Shown here in pieces: positions 55,311 to 64,000 of a DNA stretch of 64,000 bases (its first letter is position 1; the number at the start of each line of letters is the position of its first letter). The translations under genes were made by a program, and so were the position numbers. The DNA comes from an uncultured Clostridia bacterium. Its GTDB lineage: Bacteria > Bacillota > Clostridia > Christensenellales > Pumilibacteraceae. The notes beneath the pieces are model-generated. The model ran no database searches. It saw nothing but the letters and a program-made list of their open reading frames with translations, and had not been told where the DNA came from. The stretch lies in the NCBI GenBank assembly GCA_944372345.1, contig CALVYT010000008.1:10690-74689 (forward strand), written 5' to 3'.

Positions 55311-56759
55311 CTATCTGACGTCCGCCGCTCCGCTCAGCCAGCTTTGGAAATACCCGACCAGCCCCATGCCCGAGCTCTTTTCAAATTCCGCTATAAGGCA
55401 CGCTCCGTCCGCCGTCTTGCCCGAATAGTTTGCATAGTACGAGCGCAGCGCGCCGAAGAACGCGTCGTCGCCTATGATATGCCGCAGCGAATCGAACATC
55501 AGCTCGCTCTTGACGTAAGAATGGAACGCGTACTCCGTCGACGACGAATACTCGCCGAGCGCTCTGTCCATCACTCCGATATTCTCATTCTCCGAATATA
55601 CGTCGCTGAACAGCACATACGACTGCATCGCGTCCGCTATGCGGTCGGATACCGACACACCGTAATCGGGATTTTCGCCGTAGAACAGCGTCGCCGAGTA
55701 TTCCGCCAGCCCCTCGTCCAGCCACGGTTCGTTTATCTGATCGCTGCCCACCGCGGAATACCACCACTGGTGCGCCGTTTCGTGTATTATCGCCTCGTCG
55801 GTCATCGACGCGCCGAGATCGTCGGAAACGTACACGAACGACGGATATTCCATTCCGCCCTCGTTGAACGGCGTGACGGCGACCGAATACGTCTTGTACG
55901 GGTACGCCCCGAAAAGCTGCGAGAACGTATTCACCGCGTCACACGCGACTTCCAGCCCGCCCGACTGCGCTGACGTTCCGTAGAACCGCACGGTCACGTC
56001 GCCCGCTTTTCCCTCCGTGCATACGAAATTTTCAGACGAGCACAGCGCGAAATCGCGCACGTTCTCCGCCTCGAACGTATACGTCGTCACGTCACCGTTC
56101 ACGGCCGCGCTCACGCTGCCCGTTCCCGCCGTTTCCCAGCCGGCAGGCGCGGTAAACGTCACGCGGTAGTCTGCGGTCTCCGAATAGAACGGGTCGCCGT
56201 AAGTGCTGTAAGGATCGGTGCGCCAGCCGCCGTCCTCGTAAACGCATGCTATCGGATACCAGTTACCGAGATTGACATACCCGTCGTAATACCCGAAACG
56301 ACTGCGCGCCTCGGGAAGATCGAGCGTGAACTTCATCTCCGCGATCGCCTCCGCCCCCGGTTCCAAAGCCGGCACGCGCACTATGAGCACATTCTCATCC
56401 TCGCCCGCGATCTCCCACTCGCACGCCTCGCCGCCGAGCGTCACCGTTTCCACCGCTATCCCGCCGTAGTCCCTGCCGTGCGGGTACATCTCCCCTACGT
56501 CGCCTTCGGCTGCCGCGGGAAAACGCGCGCCCTCGCGGTACGCGTTCGGATAAAGATGAAAATACAGCGAATCCAATTCCGCATCCGACTTATTGACGTA
56601 AGTCACCTTCATTTCTGCGGAAACCGTCATATTCTCGGCGTCCAGCGCCGCCGTTATCTCATACCGCGTCACAGGCTCCTCGCTCTCCCCGCACGCCGTC
56701 AGCGCAAGCACGGAAAACGCAAGCGCCGCCGCCGAGACTATTATTGCTATCCTTTTCAT
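55311..56759 (-). CDS. M1-family zinc metallopeptidase lipoprotein
   Basis: Lipobox LALTAC and HETAHQWWY...LDEGLAEY (HExxH-x18-E). The ATG at 56759 follows AAGGAGAGG. Confidence 0.85.
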   Translation of the reverse strand: MKRIAIIVSAAALAFSVLALTACGESEEPVTRYEITAALDAENMTVSAEMKVTYVNKSDAELDSLYFHLYPNAYREGARFPAAAEGDVGEMYPHGRDYGGIAVETVTLGGEACEWEIAGEDENVLIVRVPALEPGAEAIAEMKFTLDLPEARSRFGYYDGYVNLGNWYPIACVYEDGGWRTDPYSTYGDPFYSETADYRVTFTAPAGWETAGTGSVSAAVNGDVTTYTFEAENVRDFALCSSENFVCTEGKAGDVTVRFYGTSAQSGGLEVACDAVNTFSQLFGAYPYKTYSVAVTPFNEGGMEYPSFVYVSDDLGASMTDEAIIHETAHQWWYSAVGSDQINEPWLDEGLAEYSATLFYGENPDYGVSVSDRIADAMQSYVLFSDVYSENENIGVMDRALGEYSSSTEYAFHSYVKSELMFDSLRHIIGDDAFFGALRSYYANYSGKTADGACLIAEFEKSSGMGLVGYFQSWLSGAADVR

Positions 56760-56931
56760 ATTTCCTCTCCTTATTTTCTTCTCGGTCATATATATTCGCG
56801 CCCTCCCCCGCAAAATACCGAAAATTATCGCGAAACCGCTTGACAAATGAAAAAGAGCGTCGTATACTGATATTAGATTAAATGATTGCTTAATTGTTTA
56901 ATAAATAAAACCATTCGAGGAGAATTTCAAA

Positions 56932-57150
56932 ATGACGGAAAAATACGAAATATCCGATCTTGACTGCGCGCATTGCGCACAGCGTATAGAAGACGCGGTA
57001 AACAAGCTGGACGGCGTGGAGTGCAGGCTGTCGTTTGCGCTCTCGGAGATGAAAGTGACGACGGAGCGCGACCTCAAAACGGTGGAAAAAGAAATCAAAC
57101 GCATAATGCGCGTTATCGAACCCGATGCGTCCATACGGAGGCTGTCGTGA
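56932..57150 (+). CDS. heavy-metal-associated (HMA) domain protein
   Basis: 72 aa with DLDCAHCAQRIEDAVNKLDGV, the metal-binding motif typical of CadA/ZntA N-termini. Confidence 0.8.
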   Translation: MTEKYEISDLDCAHCAQRIEDAVNKLDGVECRLSFALSEMKVTTERDLKTVEKEIKRIMRVIEPDASIRRLS

Positions 57151-59093
57151 AGATCAAAGCGGATAAACGTCTCATCTCCGCCGCCGTCGGGCTGGCGTTC
57201 TTCGTGCCCGCTCTGCTGCTCGACAAGATATGGGGAGCGTTCGCGGCGTATCTGACGCTGTACGCTCTCGCATGGGCGGCGGCGGCCTGGAGCGTCGTCG
57301 TCAAGGCGGCGCGGAACATACGGCGCGGCGTCGTGTTCGACGAGAACTTCCTGATGCTCGTCGCGTCGGCGGGCGCGTTCGTCATAAACCTCGTTTTTTC
57401 GGACTACGCAACGCTGAACTCGCCCGGGGGCGGCGAAGCGATGATGGACGGCGTGCTCGTAATGCTGCTCTATCAGGTAGGAGAATACTTCCAGGCTCTC
57501 GCCGTCAGGCGGTCTAGGAAGAGCATACGCGGACTGCTCTCCGTGCGCCCGGACAGCGCGGTAGTGCTGCGCGGCGGAGAAGAAAAGGAAGTCAGCCCCG
57601 AGGAAGTGGAGGTCGGCGAACTGACGATAGTGAAAGCGGGAGAGCGTATCGCGCTCGACGGCGTAGTGACGGACGGAGCGAGTTATGTGGATACGTCCGC
57701 CGTGACGGGCGAAAGCGTACCCACCTACGTCAAAGCGGGCGACAAAGTCAGGAGCGGCTGCATAGCCGTGGACGGACTGCTGACGATACGCACGACGGAG
57801 ACGTTCGGAGAGTCCACGGCGAGCAGGATGCTCCGCCTCGTCGAGGAAGCCGCGGACAGAAAGGCGAAGCAGGAGACGTTCATCACGACGTTCGCGAAAG
57901 TATACACGCCCGTCGTATGCGCGGTCGCTCTGCTCGTCGCCGTCATTCCCCCGCTCGTGCAGTCGCTCGCATTCGGCGGAGGGAGCGAAGTATGGCAGCA
58001 ATGGATATACACCGCGCTGTCGCTGCTCGTGGTGTCCTGCCCGTGCGCGCTCGTCATCAGCGTTCCCCTCACCTTCTTCTCGGGGATAGGCGGAGCGAGC
58101 AAAACAGGCGTGCTCGTCAAAGGCTCGGATTGCTTCTCCTCGTATGCGAAAACGAATATAATGGCGTTCGACAAGACGGGTACCATCACGACGGGCAGAT
58201 TCGCCGTCGGAGAAATAAATACGGACAAAGATACCCTGTCCGCGCTCGCCGCGGCTGAGAGCAGGTTCAACCACCCGATCGCGCTCGCATTCGGCGGGCT
58301 GAACAAAAACGGCAGCGTCTGCACGGCGGCGGAGGACGTTTCGGGCAAGGGCATAAAAGCGACGGTAAACGGGCGCGCGCTCATCGCAGGAACGCACGCG
58401 TTCATCGCGGGATCGGGCGTAGCATGCGAGGAAACGCATTCGCCGTTCACCGTCGTGCATATAGCCGTCGACGGCGTATACAAAGGCTTTGTCACCGTGC
58501 GCGACGAGATCAAGCCGGAAAGCGCCGAAGCCGTCGCCGAATGCCGCAGGCAGGGCATCAGGACCGTAATGCTCACGGGCGACCGCAAGGAGGTCGCCGA
58601 AGCCGTCGCGCGCGAAGCGGGCATAGACGAGGTGCGAGCCGGTATGCTCCCCCGCGACAAGACGGACGCCGTGACCGAGCTCAAAAAACAAGGAACGGTG
58701 CTCTTCTGCGGGGACGGCATAAACGACGCGCCCGTAATAGCGGCGGCGGACACAGGCTGCGCGATGGGCGGCGCGGGCAGCGACGCGGCGATAGAGGCCG
58801 CCGACGTGGTCGTGATGCACGACGATCCGAGGAGCGTCGTCGCGGGGCGCGCGCACGCTAAAAAGGTCATCCGCATAGCGACGGAGAACATAGTCGGCTC
58901 GCTCGTCGTCAAGATCGCGATAATGATACTGTCCGTACTGCTCCCCGCCGTCGGAGCGGTCGCGGAGTTTCCGCTGTGGATAGCCATAATGGGCGACGTC
59001 GGCGTATGCCTCGTTGCGATAGCCAACTCCATGCGCGCCCTGCGCTGCAAAAATCCGCGCGCGCGGAATGCGGCAAACGCGGCGGGAGCGTAA
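57147..59093 (+). CDS. P1B-type heavy-metal ATPase, Zn/Cd(/Pb)-like
   Basis: CPCALVIS (TM6), DKTGTIT, GDGINDAP, and TM8 MGDVG (the Asp of P1B-2). The GTG start overlaps the HMA stop (GTGA). Confidence 0.88.
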   Translation: MKIKADKRLISAAVGLAFFVPALLLDKIWGAFAAYLTLYALAWAAAAWSVVVKAARNIRRGVVFDENFLMLVASAGAFVINLVFSDYATLNSPGGGEAMMDGVLVMLLYQVGEYFQALAVRRSRKSIRGLLSVRPDSAVVLRGGEEKEVSPEEVEVGELTIVKAGERIALDGVVTDGASYVDTSAVTGESVPTYVKAGDKVRSGCIAVDGLLTIRTTETFGESTASRMLRLVEEAADRKAKQETFITTFAKVYTPVVCAVALLVAVIPPLVQSLAFGGGSEVWQQWIYTALSLLVVSCPCALVISVPLTFFSGIGGASKTGVLVKGSDCFSSYAKTNIMAFDKTGTITTGRFAVGEINTDKDTLSALAAAESRFNHPIALAFGGLNKNGSVCTAAEDVSGKGIKATVNGRALIAGTHAFIAGSGVACEETHSPFTVVHIAVDGVYKGFVTVRDEIKPESAEAVAECRRQGIRTVMLTGDRKEVAEAVAREAGIDEVRAGMLPRDKTDAVTELKKQGTVLFCGDGINDAPVIAAADTGCAMGGAGSDAAIEAADVVVMHDDPRSVVAGRAHAKKVIRIATENIVGSLVVKIAIMILSVLLPAVGAVAEFPLWIAIMGDVGVCLVAIANSMRALRCKNPRARNAANAAGA

Positions 59094-59184
59094 AAGCGAA
59101 CGGAACGCATACGGCAGGCAATACGCAAAAAGAGCGGGGTGAATGCCCTGCTCTTTCGTTATGCCGTTATTTCCGATCCGCGCG

Positions 59185-59919
59185 TCAGTCCTGCGAAAGC
59201 ACGTCCTCCGTGGAACGGAGAGTGAGTTTACCGCGGGAGCGTTTGTGGTGGTTGATGAGCACGCCGTTGATGACGAGCTCGAAGGTATAGCCGAGGCGCG
59301 TCGCCGCCTTTTCGCACATCACCATGCGCGCGAGATAAATTTGCAGATATTCCATAGGCGCGCTCGTCGAATCCATTATGATGACGAGGCGTATCACGTC
59401 CTTGCTGCGGTCGACGACGAGGTAATTCTTCTTTATCGACATATTGACGCGGTCGTGTATATCAAACTCGTCGTAGTTCTTTTTGTTTATGCGCGAGCGG
59501 TGCGCGTCCGATTTGTCCGCAAGGATGAGCGCGGACGAAAGCGCGTCGCCCGCCACTCCCGTTTCCTCCTCGTGATTGGAGATCGCGTTTGCGACGTGCG
59601 CGGCTTCCGCGGGGTCCATCCCTATGCGGACGAGCATCCCGTAAGCGAGCGCGCCTCCCGTCAGTCCGTGGTAAGTCCTGCTCAGCGAATTGCCCACGTC
59701 GTGCAGCCAGCCCGCGATCTCTCCCAGTTCCACGGTGCGTTCGTCCGCGCCCGTTTCGCGGAGGATGTTCGCCGTCGTTTTGGAAACGTAGCCGACGTGC
59801 CTGACGCCGTGCTCGGTATAGCCCAGCGTTTCGAGATAGCGGCTCTGCATATCGATCAGCGCCGCCGCCTCGTCGCTGCGCTTTACGTCGTCTATCGTTA
59901 TGCGCGCGTATTCCTTCAT
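59185..59919 (-). CDS. HD-domain phosphohydrolase
   Basis: GVRHVGYV...WLHDVGN...NHEEE...ADKSD is an H..HD..H..D pattern. Confidence 0.75.
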   Translation of the reverse strand: MKEYARITIDDVKRSDEAAALIDMQSRYLETLGYTEHGVRHVGYVSKTTANILRETGADERTVELGEIAGWLHDVGNSLSRTYHGLTGGALAYGMLVRIGMDPAEAAHVANAISNHEEETGVAGDALSSALILADKSDAHRSRINKKNYDEFDIHDRVNMSIKKNYLVVDRSKDVIRLVIIMDSTSAPMEYLQIYLARMVMCEKAATRLGYTFELVINGVLINHHKRSRGKLTLRSTEDVLSQD

Positions 59920-60743
59920 TTCCCCTCCCTGCGCCGCCTGCCGTCGCTCATTATCGCGTCATAAGTCGCATCGCCCGTCCAGTCGCGCTTTCCGTCCAGT
60001 TCGCCGCCCAGCGATTCGACGGCGGAGCGTATGTCGGTATACGTCGCGTAGTCGCAGCTTTCCGCCAGTTTTTTCAGCCGCGGCAGCACGCTCTCGTCGC
60101 CGTATGCCGCGATCAGCTGAAGGGCGCGCGGCAACGTTTCCCGATCCTCCGTCAGCCGCAGCAAAAGTTCGGTCACGCGGTCGGAGCGCACACCCGAGCC
60201 GACGAGCAGTTCGCCCGCGATCAGCGCGCTCATCCCTTCCGCGTCCGCCGCGCGCTGCGCCGCCGCTTCGTACACCGCCTCCCCGTCCGAACAGGCGAGC
60301 GCTTCTATCGCGCGTTCGCGCAACTCCTCGGGAGTGTCGCCTGCAAGCGCGAGCTCCGTCAGCGATTCGACGGGCGCGGCGTCCATACGCAACAGCAGGT
60401 CCGCGGCTTCTGCGCGGGCGCGGACGTTCGCGTACTCGTCTTCGAGCAGAGCGCAAAGCGCGGCGGACGCGCCGGGCAGAGCGGACAGAGCGTCCGCTAT
60501 CACGGCGAGCGGCTCGCCTTCCGCAGCGTCCTCGGCGAATATCTCCGCCAGTCTGCGGGCGTCCTTTATCTCCGCGAAATATTCGCGAGGGGTCTTTCCG
60601 CCGTAGCCCTCGCACGGTTCGTTTTCCCACGACTCGGAACACTCCGCCGTGAGATCTTCCAGTTCGTCGTCCGACAGTTTTCTTCCGATAGCCTTGATCC
60701 TGCGTATGAAATATTCGCGGAACAGCTGTTTGTGTTTATTCAT
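59916..60743 (-). CDS. hypothetical acidic alpha-helical (HEAT/ARM-like) protein
   Basis: About 275 aa, Ala/Glu/Leu-rich helical repeats. Overlaps its neighbours at both ends, so it is in the same operon. Confidence 0.6.
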   Translation of the reverse strand: MNKHKQLFREYFIRRIKAIGRKLSDDELEDLTAECSESWENEPCEGYGGKTPREYFAEIKDARRLAEIFAEDAAEGEPLAVIADALSALPGASAALCALLEDEYANVRARAEAADLLLRMDAAPVESLTELALAGDTPEELRERAIEALACSDGEAVYEAAAQRAADAEGMSALIAGELLVGSGVRSDRVTELLLRLTEDRETLPRALQLIAAYGDESVLPRLKKLAESCDYATYTDIRSAVESLGGELDGKRDWTGDATYDAIMSDGRRRREGK

Positions 60744-62379
60744 TGGATCCTCTCCGACTCGCTTCCGCAAAAGCGTCGAGTATGCTGTTCATGGTTTTTT
60801 CGTTTGACCCCGCCATTATGACGTCCTTATCCAGCCCCACGCACTGCGGACGGCAGCCGCCCGCTATGATGAGCGCAGCCGCGCAGCTGCGCACGAACTC
60901 CCGCCTGCGCACGAATTTCGGCAGCAGGGGCGCGACCGAACGGAACATCGCGTCGGATATGCTCCCGTTGCAATAGACCGTTGCCGTCGAGTACGCGTAC
61001 AGATACGCGCGGCGGACGCTTTCGCTCTCCGCGAGCGACAGCGCTCCCTCGGACGGCGACGCGGTGCGGTAGCCGAACGAATACAGCGGCACGTCGCGCT
61101 CCCCGCTTTTGAGCAGTTCGTATAGTATGTTCCGCTTGACGCAGGGCATTCCCTCCGCGTCCAGCAGATATTCGAGAAACGCTTCCCTGCCGACCCCCGT
61201 CGCCGCGATCGTGTCCGCCAGTTCCGCCGCCCCGTCCGCGTCGGTGCGCGTGAGCAGATAGCGCACCGCGTCGTCCGTCTTTTTGTCCCGCGCTCCTCCG
61301 ATACCGTACACCCGCGCGGCGAGCATAATGCGCTCGTACAGCTTATTCGTTTCCGCTTCGGGCAGGGTCAACCCGTATTCAACGTTAGCGCAGCCCTTTT
61401 GGGCTCTGCGCAAGAGATACGCCGCCATTCTGTTGCCCGGATCGGAGCGCAGGCACCGCGCCAGCCGCATCCGCGCGCTGTCCGCGTCGCCCGCGTTCAT
61501 ATCCGCTTCCGCGGCGAGGATGAGCACCGATCCCACGGGATATCTTTCGCAGAGTTCGTCGAGATAATACCTCGCGTCGCCGTCCATTCCCGCTCCGATG
61601 AGCGCAGCCGTCGCTTTGACGAGCTCGAGATCGTCGTCGGGCAAGTCCAGCCCCGACAGCATCTCCCCCGCGCTGCGCGCGTCCTCATGCCTGCCTACCG
61701 CAGAATACGCGACGGTGAGCGCGGACAGCACTTCGTGCAACGGCGCGTCCGCCATATCCGTTTCCAGCACTTTGCCGCAGACGTCTATCAGCTTGTGCGC
61801 GAGCGGCGGCACGAGCTTTTCGGGATACAGCACGCCCGTAGCCTTGAACATCACCGTTGCGCCGCCAGCGTCGCGCTCGTCGAAGAGCATTTCCCCCGCG
61901 AGCGACTCGTCCTGCCCGCGGAAAGAGCGCGAAAGCACATACAGCACTCCCGCGGCGTCGCCCGGCGAGATCACGTCGGGATAGATCGCCCGCACGGCGA
62001 AGAGTGTCCGGTCGTACACGCGCCTGCTCTTTATCCCGTCCGAGCTTACCGTAAGCGACATCGCGTCCGCTCCCTCGCACATAAAATACGCCGCGCTGCG
62101 GTAGCGCGTCATACCGTCGAGGATTTTGACGATAAGAGCGTACATATCTCCGCCGCGGTCGCCCTCCGCCCGCATTTTCATAAGCGTTGCGAGGGCGGGC
62201 GAAAAATCCCCGCACTCATACAGCGCGGCGGCTCTCCTCATCACGGCGGCGCGGCTGCCGCTTTCGGGCATAAAGGCATAGAGGAGCGATCTGACTTTAT
62301 CGCCCCTCTTCGCGCATTCCTCCGAGCGGCGTATGCACTGCTCTTCGGACGTGTCGAATCTCAATATTTCGGCTGCCAT
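60736..62379 (-). CDS. hypothetical TPR-like helical protein
   Basis: 547 aa. Coding-like, no catalytic motif recognised. Confidence 0.6.
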   Translation of the reverse strand: MAAEILRFDTSEEQCIRRSEECAKRGDKVRSLLYAFMPESGSRAAVMRRAAALYECGDFSPALATLMKMRAEGDRGGDMYALIVKILDGMTRYRSAAYFMCEGADAMSLTVSSDGIKSRRVYDRTLFAVRAIYPDVISPGDAAGVLYVLSRSFRGQDESLAGEMLFDERDAGGATVMFKATGVLYPEKLVPPLAHKLIDVCGKVLETDMADAPLHEVLSALTVAYSAVGRHEDARSAGEMLSGLDLPDDDLELVKATAALIGAGMDGDARYYLDELCERYPVGSVLILAAEADMNAGDADSARMRLARCLRSDPGNRMAAYLLRRAQKGCANVEYGLTLPEAETNKLYERIMLAARVYGIGGARDKKTDDAVRYLLTRTDADGAAELADTIAATGVGREAFLEYLLDAEGMPCVKRNILYELLKSGERDVPLYSFGYRTASPSEGALSLAESESVRRAYLYAYSTATVYCNGSISDAMFRSVAPLLPKFVRRREFVRSCAAALIIAGGCRPQCVGLDKDVIMAGSNEKTMNSILDAFAEASRRGSNE

Positions 62380-62397
62380 ATCCCCTCCGCGGGAAAC

Positions 62398-63666
62398 TCA
62401 GTCCCCGTCGTCCGTATATACGGACAGATCTTCCAGCCCGCTCGCTTCCTTGCCGCCCCCGGACGAAAGCTCCGCGACCTTGCGGCGGTCCTCCTCCATT
62501 TTGGCGAGCTCTTTCGCCGTATATCCTCCGACGGGCTCGGGAGCGGGCGTTTGTTCCGCCTCTTCCTTATGCGGTTTCCCGCCCTTTTTCTTCTTCGGAT
62601 TGACGTAACGCGCCGGCTGTTTCTTCGTTTCTTTCACGGCGGCGCCCGATTCCTCCGCCGCCTTTTTCATCTGCAGTTTGCGCTCGCGCTTGGCGGCGTA
62701 GAACTGTTCGTTTTTCAGTTTGGTCTCGCGTTCGATGAGCCCCTCGGTGATATACTTCGCGAACGCGCCCTGGCTGACCGCCACGAACACGGAAACTATC
62801 GCATAGAACCCGAGGAAGAACATTATCAGCCACGGCAGCATCCCGAGCTGCGAAGAGCCGAAAAGCAGCTGCAGCAGGAACATAAGTCCTATGAGCGCGC
62901 CCGATATAAGCGCGGCGAGCATATTCTTCGGGAAGTACGCGAACGTCAGAAGCAGAGCGTCGCGCAGCGTTCTCGGATAGCTCGTCTTATACGTCGACGC
63001 AAGCGTGACGAGATAGAACGAGAATATGCCGAGGAAAACAAGCGGCAGGATCGCGCCGATGAGCGCGAACACCTTGCCGACGACGGGATAACCGTGCAGG
63101 TCGAACGAGTAGTACGTCAGCATCACGAGGAACACTCCCGCTCCGCAGAGCGCGCCGCCCGTCAATCCCTGCGCCCACGTCGCGGCTATGCCGCGGAAAT
63201 ACGCGCGCAGTACCTTGACCTGCTCGCCGTACATATGCAGCCGCGCGATATACGTCATCGCGCCCAGCCCCACGCCCGCTACGGCGATACAGGGGATCAG
63301 TATCGAATACCGGAACAACGCCGCGTCGTAATAGAGCAGGTTGCCTATGCCGACCGCCGCCTGCATACCGTATTCCCCGCCGACGAACCACGGGCTCGGA
63401 TAACCCGCTCCGTCGAAAATGTTATACGGCGCGATCGTTCCCGCCGCGCCCGAGAGCGAACCCGAAACGATGACCCACGCCACGGCGGGCGCGCACATTA
63501 TCATAGTGAAAAATCCGACGATGAGCGCCTTGGTGAAATGCCCGCTCCACATCGACTTGAAAGCCGTCCACGCGCCCATGCGCTGCGCCGTCGTATATTC
63601 GTCGCGGCGGGCTGCGCCGCTTCCTATCTTGCCGAAAAGTCCGGTCTTTACGCCTTCGTTCGACAT
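62398..63666 (-). CDS. polytopic membrane protein (YesL/DUF624-like N-terminal part) with a charged Lys-rich C-terminal tail
   Basis: 422 aa: about 7 TM, then KRERKLQMKKAAEE...PKKKKGGKPHKEE. Confidence 0.6.
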   Translation of the reverse strand: MSNEGVKTGLFGKIGSGAARRDEYTTAQRMGAWTAFKSMWSGHFTKALIVGFFTMIMCAPAVAWVIVSGSLSGAAGTIAPYNIFDGAGYPSPWFVGGEYGMQAAVGIGNLLYYDAALFRYSILIPCIAVAGVGLGAMTYIARLHMYGEQVKVLRAYFRGIAATWAQGLTGGALCGAGVFLVMLTYYSFDLHGYPVVGKVFALIGAILPLVFLGIFSFYLVTLASTYKTSYPRTLRDALLLTFAYFPKNMLAALISGALIGLMFLLQLLFGSSQLGMLPWLIMFFLGFYAIVSVFVAVSQGAFAKYITEGLIERETKLKNEQFYAAKRERKLQMKKAAEESGAAVKETKKQPARYVNPKKKKGGKPHKEEAEQTPAPEPVGGYTAKELAKMEEDRRKVAELSSGGGKEASGLEDLSVYTDDGD

Positions 63667-63710
63667 ACTTCTTTACTCTCCCCGACGGCTCCCGCCGTCT
63701 TGCAAAAACT

Positions 63711-64000
63711 TTATTCGGTCCTGTCCGCATCCTGCGCGTCGCCGAGCGCGACGAATGCTTTTATCCCTTCCGCCATCACGCTTTCGTCGAAATCGAAAGT
63801 ATCGCTGTGAAGAGGCGAAACGTGAACGCCGTCGCGCACGCCCAGCCAGCACATACAGCCGGGCACTCTTTCGAGATAGAACGCGAAATCCTCCGCCGTG
63901 TACCTGCCGCCGATATGCTCCGCGGAAACGAGCGCGCGCATTTTCGCAACGCACGCCGCGTCGCAGACAAGCGGCGGATATACCGACCGGACTTCCGTAA
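63711..64000 (-). CDS. M20D-family amidohydrolase, C-terminal part (gene continues past the right edge)
   Basis: The reverse frame is open to the window edge: ...YPPLVCDAA...TAEDFAFYLERVPGCMCWLGV...SPLHSDTFDFDE, as at the C-termini of hippurate hydrolase/aminoacylase enzymes. Confidence 0.7.
   Translation of the reverse strand, partial: TEVRSVYPPLVCDAACVAKMRALVSAEHIGGRYTAEDFAFYLERVPGCMCWLGVRDGVHVSPLHSDTFDFDESVMAEGIKAFVALGDAQDADRTE

Overview
This is a 64-kb chromosomal segment from a visibly GC-rich, anaerobic, spore-forming Bacillota (Clostridia-type) genome; GC content was not computed. Lineage markers are a CIRCE/HrcA operator, Rex, CwlD, single-chain PFOR, AdhE and DegV. I call about 60 protein genes, nearly all housekeeping or transport:
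- metabolism: purE-C-M-N, deoD, gap, nifJ/PFOR, rex-aroK-adhE, glgB-glgA, argC-B-D-F
- information processing and chaperones: dnaJ, valS
- four ABC systems
- an OmpR/HK two-component system
- a PP2C/Hanks kinase pair
- a Zn/Cd-type P-type ATPase
- one intact tRNA-Arg(ACG)

I recognise no cas genes, integrases, transposases, phage genes or known defence systems. Most long antisense ORFs in the track are GC-bias shadows of the real genes.

The unusual content is mainly non-coding or contextual:
1. A 7-unit tandem array of structured 85-121 bp repeats after PFOR, with compensatory hairpin variants.
2. A roughly 690-bp element with 230-bp inverted arms that keep a hairpin through compensatory changes and supply the 3' end of cwlD.
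3. A tRNA-Arg locus with a T-loop-interrupted tRNA copy and reiterated tRNA-3'-end modules.
4. A 32-nt motif of three 11-bp-phased TCACA repeats found twice, probably a response-regulator box.
5. A MalK-like ABC ATPase with every catalytic motif degenerate, heading the glgB-glgA operon behind a roughly 200-nt leader.
6. Lys/Ala-rich tails on GlgB and GlgA.
7. A mini HEPN-like ORF next to a small alarmone synthetase.
8. An arg operon that lacks argJ/argA and ends in a GNAT.

All functional calls rest on motif recognition by eye. No database search was run.
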